This document shows positions 36,662-42,855 of a stretch of 42,855 nucleotides of DNA, piece after piece. Source of the stretch: an uncultured archaeon (GTDB lineage: Archaea; Asgardarchaeota; Lokiarchaeia; Sigyniarchaeales; SOKP01); assembly GCA_964508365.1 (NCBI GenBank), contig CAZDTP010000034.1:1-42855 (forward strand). Direction: 5' to 3'. The translations under genes and the position numbers were made by a program. Within the stretch, counting starts at the first letter, position 1. Each line of letters begins with the position of its first letter. Under the pieces are notes generated by a model. The model searched no databases. It was not told the DNA's origin and saw nothing but the letters and a program-made list of their open reading frames with translations.

Positions 36662-36794
36662 AACGATCAAAATTGATAATAAAATATTAATATTCTAATT
36701 CAATAATTCATGCATAATTTAAAACTTTTAAATTAAGAGATTAATTTAATTCTATTGATTTTATTAACAAAAATTGATAATTGGAAAGATTTTC

Positions 36795-37775
36795 ATGAAA
36801 GCAGCAGTATTTATTGATGTAAAAAAAATTGAATATAGAGAGGATTATCCAAAACCCTCTCCAGGAGAGGAGGATGTAATCGTAAAAACGCATTATTGTG
36901 GAATTTGCGGAAGTGATATAACTAATTATAAATTCAAGATGTATCAAGCACCTTTAATAATGGGCCATGAATTTTCGGGGGAAGTTGTAGAAATCGGCTC
37001 TAATATTACTGATATAAAACAGGGAGATAAAGTATGTGGAATAAATGTTGCGTTAGATATTGATCAAGGACAATTAGACGGTATGGGAATTTTTAAAGAT
37101 GGAGGATTTGCTGAATTCGTAAAAGTTCCAAGAAAATACTTATTCCAAATACCGAAATCTGTTTCAACTAAAGAAGCTGTAATGATTGAGTCATTTGCTA
37201 ATGTTTGTAGAGCAGTAAAATTATCTACTATTACTAAAAACCAAAATATAATAATAATTGGGGCGGGAAATATTGGATTATGTTTTTTATATTATTTATT
37301 AAAAGAAAAAAATCCTAATTATATCGTCGTAATTGAGCCACAAGCATTTTTAAGAGAAAAAGCAAAAGAATTTGGGGCAACTGAATCTTTTCCCCCAAAT
37401 CCAGCAAAAATTAAAAAATTTTTAAAAAGAAATGGAAAACCAACTTACATTTTTGATTGCGCTGGAAATCAAAAATCAATCTTAATGGCAATAGATTTAA
37501 TAAAAAAAGGGGGGGCTATTATCTTGGAGGGCGTTTATAAAGGTAAAGTTACATTTCCAATGTTTCTATTAAATTCTAAGGAAGTTAGTATTAAGGGTGT
37601 TTTAGGTCATGATCGTGAAGATATTCTTTGTGCTATAGAGTTTTTTTCTCAGGATAAAATAAATGCAAATGAGTATATATCTCAAATTATTCCTATTCAA
37701 GATATTCAACAGGCTTTTGAAAAGTTTCTTGATCCTGGTCAAAGAGAATTTATAAAACTCGTTATTGAAATATAA
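36795..37775 (+). CDS. zinc-dependent medium-chain dehydrogenase (structural Zn loop absent)
   Basis: CGICGSD, GHEFSG, GGFAEF, IIGAGNIG Rossmann motif; no CxxCxxC lobe. Confidence 0.9.
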   Translation: MKAAVFIDVKKIEYREDYPKPSPGEEDVIVKTHYCGICGSDITNYKFKMYQAPLIMGHEFSGEVVEIGSNITDIKQGDKVCGINVALDIDQGQLDGMGIFKDGGFAEFVKVPRKYLFQIPKSVSTKEAVMIESFANVCRAVKLSTITKNQNIIIIGAGNIGLCFLYYLLKEKNPNYIVVIEPQAFLREKAKEFGATESFPPNPAKIKKFLKRNGKPTYIFDCAGNQKSILMAIDLIKKGGAIILEGVYKGKVTFPMFLLNSKEVSIKGVLGHDREDILCAIEFFSQDKINANEYISQIIPIQDIQQAFEKFLDPGQREFIKLVIEI

Positions 37776-37804
37776 CGCTTAATGCATAATATAATAGATT
37801 TATT

Positions 37805-38317
37805 CTATACACTAGATGTAACGATCGCTTCAGCTATTTGATGAAATGCTTTTTCAACATTTTGACCATTTTTGGCAGATGTAAAAATTGTAGCTTTTAC
37901 ATCGATAGTTTGAGCTAATTTTTCAATACCATTATTAGAAATAATAGGATCCAAATCTACCTTATTTACAACTAAAATTTTTGGAATATCTCCACAATAT
38001 TTTTTGAGATCTTGATACCAAAACTCTTTTAATTGTTCAAATGTATTTCCTCTCGTGAGATCTCCGACAATCAGAGCGCCATGAGCTCCTCTATAATACA
38101 TATGTCTCATCTTTATCCATTTTTCTTGACCAGCAATATCCCAAATTTGGATAGTGACATTCTTTCCTGATTTTAAATGTAATTCCTTAACATATAAGTT
38201 CGTTCCTATTGATGCCTTATAATCCTGAGAAAAATGACCGGATATAAATTTTTTTACTAAGGATGTCTTCCCTACTCCTGCTTCTCCTATTATAATAACT
38301 TTGATATGATAACCCAT
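37805..38317 (-). CDS. Rab-like small GTPase (Ras superfamily)
   Basis: GEAGVGKTS, SIG switch I, WDIAGQE, YYRGAHG, NKVD, TSAK; no C-terminal Cys. Confidence 0.93.
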   Translation of the reverse strand: MGYHIKVIIIGEAGVGKTSLVKKFISGHFSQDYKASIGTNLYVKELHLKSGKNVTIQIWDIAGQEKWIKMRHMYYRGAHGALIVGDLTRGNTFEQLKEFWYQDLKKYCGDIPKILVVNKVDLDPIISNNGIEKLAQTIDVKATIFTSAKNGQNVEKAFHQIAEAIVTSSV

Positions 38318-38452
38318 TATTTTTAGAACTTTCTATAACATTATTAATTTATCTAGAATTTCTACATAATAAGAAATTATAAATATTTTATTAATTAAAT
38401 CCTTCATTATGAATGACAATTATCTTCTAGTATTAAATGTGAGGATATCTTT

Positions 38453-39541
38453 ATGAAAACAGGTTTAATTTACGACCCTATTTATTTAGAACATAGAATA
38501 GGAGTCCATGTTGAAAGTCACGAAAGACTAATTGGAATAATGGAGTTTCTAGAAGAAAAAGGTATACTTGATAACGAAAATTTTAAACTTATTCGACCGC
38601 GAGAAGCTACCTTGGAACAACTCAAATATGTTCATCAAGAGAGCTTAATTAAAGAAGTTAAAGAAGTTAGCGAGATATCTAAAGTTACGGGACATATTCA
38701 GCAGCTTGATATGGATACAGCTGTATCAGCAAAGACATATGAAGCGTCACTTTATAGCGTTGGTGGAAATTTAATTGGTGTTGATGAAATTATTGAAGGA
38801 AAGGTAAAGAATGCTTTTGCTTTAGTAAGACCTCCTGGTCATCATTCAAACTCATACAAATGTGCGGGTTTTTGCATTTTTAACAATGTAGCGATTGCTG
38901 CTGAATATCTTCTTAAAGAAAAGGGACTAAAAAGAGTGGCTATAATAGATTGGGATTGTCACGCTGGAAATGGGACTTCGGATATTTTCTATAATGGTTC
39001 CAAAAACGGTGAAGTAATCTTTTTTGACTCACATCAGGATGGTAGGACACTTTATCCAGGCACTGGATTTATTAATGATATCGGGGCGGAGGGGGGACAA
39101 GGGAAAATAATAAATTTTCCAATGCCTCCGAGAGCTGCTGATGATGTTACTATAATATTTTTTGATGAAATTATAGCTCCCATTTGCCGAGAATTTAAAC
39201 CCGAATTTTTCCTAATATCTGCTGGATTTGATACTCACTGGACGGACAGACTTACTAATATGGGTTGGACCTATCAAGGACCGGCTAATTATTTGAAGAA
39301 AATCAAAGAGATAGCTAGAGAATACGCTAAAGATCGAATTTTAATTACTTTAGAAGGCGGATACGAAATTGATAAACAAGCTAAAGCTGTGTATAATTGT
39401 ATGCAAGTTCTCGATGACAGTGAAAATGAACTAATAGAAGAAAATGCTAGAGTATCCGATAATGATGTTCTGAACTATGTAAGTAATAAGGTTATTCCTA
39501 AATTAAAAGAACATCTTAACCCTTATTGGAATTGCTTTTAA
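38453..39541 (+). CDS. zinc-dependent histone deacetylase-family (HDAC/AcuC) protein
   Basis: RPPGHH, GFCIFNN, DWDCHAGNGT, SAGFD, LEGGY. Confidence 0.93.
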   Translation: MKTGLIYDPIYLEHRIGVHVESHERLIGIMEFLEEKGILDNENFKLIRPREATLEQLKYVHQESLIKEVKEVSEISKVTGHIQQLDMDTAVSAKTYEASLYSVGGNLIGVDEIIEGKVKNAFALVRPPGHHSNSYKCAGFCIFNNVAIAAEYLLKEKGLKRVAIIDWDCHAGNGTSDIFYNGSKNGEVIFFDSHQDGRTLYPGTGFINDIGAEGGQGKIINFPMPPRAADDVTIIFFDEIIAPICREFKPEFFLISAGFDTHWTDRLTNMGWTYQGPANYLKKIKEIAREYAKDRILITLEGGYEIDKQAKAVYNCMQVLDDSENELIEENARVSDNDVLNYVSNKVIPKLKEHLNPYWNCF

Positions 39542-39657
39542 TTTTTTAAGAAGAAATTTAACGGCATCGCTCATTTGTGCTATAGTTTATAAACAAAATT
39601 CACTATTAAAGTTACAATTATTGGTATTATTAAGTATAAACATAAGAGAAGATTATT

Positions 39658-40500
39658 ATGTCGGATGAATATGAAAAAGACGAGGAAGAAGAATACAAAC
39701 CTCGTGGTCCTCCCCCTATACGACCACCTCCCACACCACCTCCTTCTATGCCTCCACCCTCAATCCCGCCCCCCACACCTCCTAATTCGTTTGAACCTCC
39801 TGCATATCAACCCGAACCAACTATAGCAAGTGGTCCCTCACAAGCAGAATACAATGCTGCTGTATCTCAAGCCCAAGAAAAGGATAATGTCATTGGACAA
39901 TTACAGAATCAGGTAAGTATGGTAAATGCTCAATGTGCAGATTTAAATTCACAACTCTTAGCTAAAGATAACCAAATAACTCAATTGAATAACCAAAACA
40001 AAAGTTTTCAGACAACCATTGAAGGGTTTCAGAATCAAATTACCCAAATTAATAATGAGAAAGCTCAACTACTAGTACAATTACCTCAATTACAAAATCA
40101 ACTACAACAAGTTCAACAAGAAAATTTAAACCTCCAACAACAAATCGGGCCACTACTAGCTCAAATTAACAAATTGCAAGAAGAATTATCCTATAAAGAG
40201 AAACGAATCCAAGAATTAAAAGAACCAAAACCAGTTATGCCATCAAGTTTAGCTCAAGGAATAACCTCACAAAGTCCAACATTTGGGAGTAGTCCACCCA
40301 TTCCAACAACTTCAACTCCATCAACAGCTACACCTAGTATCGATGCTGGATTCGGTTCAGGACGGAGAATTTGCCCCAATTGTGGGGCTACTGGATTTGC
40401 TATTAAGGAAGTTGAGGATAAATCAAAAATATTAAGTTATATTCCTAAACCACAATATGCTAAGAAGAGCATCTGCACGAAATGTGGTTTTGAATTTTAG
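39658..40500 (+). CDS. acidic/polyproline - coiled-coil - Zn-ribbon protein
   Basis: Acidic N-terminus, PPPIRPPPTPPPSMPPPSIPPPTPP, Q-rich heptads, S/T/P linker, CPNC...CTKC. Confidence 0.8.
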   Translation: MSDEYEKDEEEEYKPRGPPPIRPPPTPPPSMPPPSIPPPTPPNSFEPPAYQPEPTIASGPSQAEYNAAVSQAQEKDNVIGQLQNQVSMVNAQCADLNSQLLAKDNQITQLNNQNKSFQTTIEGFQNQITQINNEKAQLLVQLPQLQNQLQQVQQENLNLQQQIGPLLAQINKLQEELSYKEKRIQELKEPKPVMPSSLAQGITSQSPTFGSSPPIPTTSTPSTATPSIDAGFGSGRRICPNCGATGFAIKEVEDKSKILSYIPKPQYAKKSICTKCGFEF

Positions 40501-40540
40501 TTTTTTAATTAACCCCCCTTTTTTTAACTTTTTTTTTTGA
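40501..40540 (+). terminator. T-rich archaeal terminator-like tract
   Basis: Multiple T-runs directly after the 40500 stop codon. Confidence 0.5.
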
Positions 40541-40684
40541 AAACCTATATCATTTTCTACTTATCCTATTCATTTTAAGTAATATTTCATATGAATCAGA
40601 AATATTAGGAAAATTATTTATACGATAATTTTAATTAATATTGCAAACTTAGGATGGAAAAGTTAAGGGTAAAATAGAGTAGAA

Positions 40685-42855
40685 ATGTCAGAATTTCGTG
40701 AAGATTTATTAGTTACTGCAATAAACAAAAAGAGAGTGATTAAAATCATTCTTACAGCAGTACTATTGGTATTTGCGTTTGCTTTTTCAACATTCTTCTT
40801 TAGTTTGCTTTGGGATAGTCAAAGACCCCCTCCGAGCGACTATTTACTTGAAGCAGATCATGAGGAAGGCATACCTACGCATATCCCTTTCCCTTATAAT
40901 ATTTCAGATTTTCTAGATTTATTTTCTGATCTCAATTTAACACAAGACCAATTATCTGATCTTATAGATACATTAGCAGATATGTTCGATGGTGATATCG
41001 ATGACTTGGACTTAAGCGATTACGCACAAGCCCTTGCAGCTCTTATGTTCTCTGAAGTTGAAGTATTCAGAATATATGACTACGATAATTACAATGAGAT
41101 TTTAACGAAATTTTGGAAATATGAAAGTTTTGACGAATATACGGGAGACGGATGGCACTCCTCTGCTGCTATAGTACCTTATTCTTATTACAACTATAGT
41201 GATTATTATTCCCGACATTGGGATAAGGACCTCCTTTCTTTAAAAATACCACTTACTCCCAGTTGTGGTATAAATTCTATGGTTATTCCAAACCTTTTCC
41301 CTACTCCTTTTATTATGGAAAATAGTGTTCAAGCGAATAATATGCAAGGAACACCCAATTTATATAAAGACGAATTTAATTGTACAACCCTCGATATTGA
41401 CTTTAGTATGGAAGAGGATGTTAATATGACATACGAAATGTTTGGATTGGATTTACCAACTAGTTCAGAGATAGACGCAGTAGCAATAGAACCTTCATAT
41501 ACTCCTATTCCTATACAAAATAAATATTTACAGTTGAAAGGGGATACAATAGAAGTGTATATAAGCAATAATGATGATTTTGCTTATCATTACAGTCAAA
41601 TAAATGCGACAATCTTAAGTTCTGATAATACTTTCATTGTTGCTGATAAAATTAGAAATTATCTGCAATATAATTTTATAAGAATTACCGACCCAAGTCA
41701 ATACAACCCAGCTCCAGACGGATATGATCAAGTGGAATGGTTTCTCGAAGACGGAACTGGTTATTGGTCTGATTTCACTTCAGCTTTTTGTGCTTTTGCA
41801 AGAGCTTTTGGTATAGCAAGCCGTTTTGTTGATGGGTTCAATAGTTTTTTTGCTGAAGAACAATTTGACGATAGTCCGGGTGTAAATAAAAACACAATTG
41901 CAATAAAATATAAAAACCTGTATAATTGGGCGGAAATATATGTCCCAACAGATGTAAGTGGTGATGGCATATGGATTCAAATGGATGTTTATTACGATAA
42001 TTATGGAAGCGCTCCTCCTAGCTTCGCCAATTACGCTCTCATATTAAATTCAAATTTTACCGCAGGATATAGAGGAACTACAGCATTTCTTACGGCTTCA
42101 TTAACGGTTGATGGTGCTCCTGTAGAGGGTGCGACGATTTCTTTTTATGATTTAACCTCTTTCCAATCCCTTGGTCAATTCGATACAGATCTAAATGGCA
42201 ACGCTTCAATCATAGTAAATATTGATGATTTACAAGTCGTTGGTCCACATCAAATTTTTGCTCAATTTAATCCAGATGTCAACGACACGACAACATACAC
42301 AGTATATGGAGATATTGAAGTAAATCTTCAGAATATAAATCCTCAACAAGTAAATATTTCAATTGACACTTCTACAAACATTCAAGGCTATGTAATCGAC
42401 TCGGTTAATAGTCAAAGGGTTAGTGGGGTAACAGTAGAATTTGTACTCTTTCAAAAAGGCACAAATTTGAGAGTTGGAACGCCACCATTTGACATACTTG
42501 GAACTCCACCATTTTTGGGTTCTACTTGGAACACCGATTTTAACGGCGATTTTAACGTAGATGTAAATATTAATCCATCAGTTCCGGTAGGTAATTATGA
42601 TTTACGAGTAGATACGAATGGAAGTTGGTATTTTAATCCTTTAGCGCTCGGTTATGTTAATGATTCCAGTAATAAAATGGATTTAGATGTAACAGAGGGT
42701 GAAGTCGAAAAGTTGTGGTTTTACATAAACGATATTCCATCAGATGTACCAGATGCCCCAATCGTTCAGAGAAATTCCAATATTAAATTAAAAGCTATAG
42801 TAGTAAATGAAACCAACCATCCCATAATAAATAAAAATGTAGATTTCTACGATTA
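40685..42855 (+). CDS. membrane-anchored surface protein with inactive transglutaminase-like domain and Ig-like repeats (3'-truncated; absent from ORF track)
   Basis: Hand translation is open from ATG 40685 to the window end. N-terminal TM segment (IILTAVLLVFAFAFSTFFFSLLW), FWKYESFDEYTGDGW, GYWSDFTSAFCAFARAFGIASRFVDGF, YNWAEIY, WIQMD; many N-x-S/T sequons; beta-rich repeats. Confidence 0.85.
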   Translation, partial: MSEFREDLLVTAINKKRVIKIILTAVLLVFAFAFSTFFFSLLWDSQRPPPSDYLLEADHEEGIPTHIPFPYNISDFLDLFSDLNLTQDQLSDLIDTLADMFDGDIDDLDLSDYAQALAALMFSEVEVFRIYDYDNYNEILTKFWKYESFDEYTGDGWHSSAAIVPYSYYNYSDYYSRHWDKDLLSLKIPLTPSCGINSMVIPNLFPTPFIMENSVQANNMQGTPNLYKDEFNCTTLDIDFSMEEDVNMTYEMFGLDLPTSSEIDAVAIEPSYTPIPIQNKYLQLKGDTIEVYISNNDDFAYHYSQINATILSSDNTFIVADKIRNYLQYNFIRITDPSQYNPAPDGYDQVEWFLEDGTGYWSDFTSAFCAFARAFGIASRFVDGFNSFFAEEQFDDSPGVNKNTIAIKYKNLYNWAEIYVPTDVSGDGIWIQMDVYYDNYGSAPPSFANYALILNSNFTAGYRGTTAFLTASLTVDGAPVEGATISFYDLTSFQSLGQFDTDLNGNASIIVNIDDLQVVGPHQIFAQFNPDVNDTTTYTVYGDIEVNLQNINPQQVNISIDTSTNIQGYVIDSVNSQRVSGVTVEFVLFQKGTNLRVGTPPFDILGTPPFLGSTWNTDFNGDFNVDVNINPSVPVGNYDLRVDTNGSWYFNPLALGYVNDSSNKMDLDVTEGEVEKLWFYINDIPSDVPDAPIVQRNSNIKLKAIVVNETNHPIINKNVDFYD
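42474..42514 (+). repeat. short in-frame tandem duplication (GTPPF x2)
   Basis: TTGGAACGCCACCATTT (42474-42490) and TTGGAACTCCACCATTT (42498-42514), 24-nt period. Confidence 0.7.

Noticed and set aside
7322-36947. Remaining short overlapping ORFs in the track (e.g. 7322, 7668, 10564, 16260, 16575, 19359, 19833, 21023-23699, 26770, 30100, 30451, 31221-32528, 33356, 36741)
   Set aside because: All overlap well-supported genes or their promoters and lack recognisable motifs.
41329-41980. ORF-track entries 41329-41568 (-), 41761-41970 (-) and 41780-41980 (-)
   Set aside because: Antisense shadows of the long open + strand gene starting at 40685.
1-42855. CRISPR arrays, rRNA genes, transposases
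   Set aside because: No regularly spaced repeat-spacer units, no rRNA-like GC-rich structured region and no DDE/HUH/recombinase motifs observed.

Overview
AT-rich archaeal chromosome segment, most likely from an Asgard archaeon (Lokiarchaeia/Promethearchaeota). The assignment is inferred from a Rab-like small GTPase, GINS23, MCM, Topo VI whose A subunit looks eukaryote-like, long HEAT solenoids and GGTGA-type ribosome-binding sites. The window is rich in chromosome-maintenance genes: smc-scpA-scpB, top6B-top6A, gins23, mcm, a UvrD/PcrA-like helicase, an orphan Dam-type methylase and an HDAC-family deacetylase. It also holds a glycyl radical enzyme, a MoxR AAA+/VWA/SWIM operon, coaBC, pyrE, rubrerythrin, a VIT1 transporter, tRNA-Ala(CGC) and a 3'-truncated surface protein absent from the ORF track. 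The strongest candidate for an undescribed system is the SMC-ScpAB complex. Its SMC has intact ATPase heads but no recognisable hinge; the centre is instead a gapless tandem duplication of a 55-aa amphipathic helical unit, and the arms carry about four 97-aa and four 90-aa periodic modules. The kleisin has an unannotated N-terminal HeH/SAP-like motif that recurs in the tail of a greatly enlarged Top6B. Other highlights: the UvrD helicase ends in an FTTA motif resembling the RadA/Rad51 polymerisation motif; a valS remnant has its whole core deleted; a diverged ~260-bp direct repeat brackets a DUF885-like gene next to a decayed EndoQ-like gene; several genes appear to use non-canonical start codons; and the surface protein has a catalytically dead transglutaminase fold. 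No CRISPR array, rRNA or transposase was seen. All family calls are by motif recognition from memory, not database searches.
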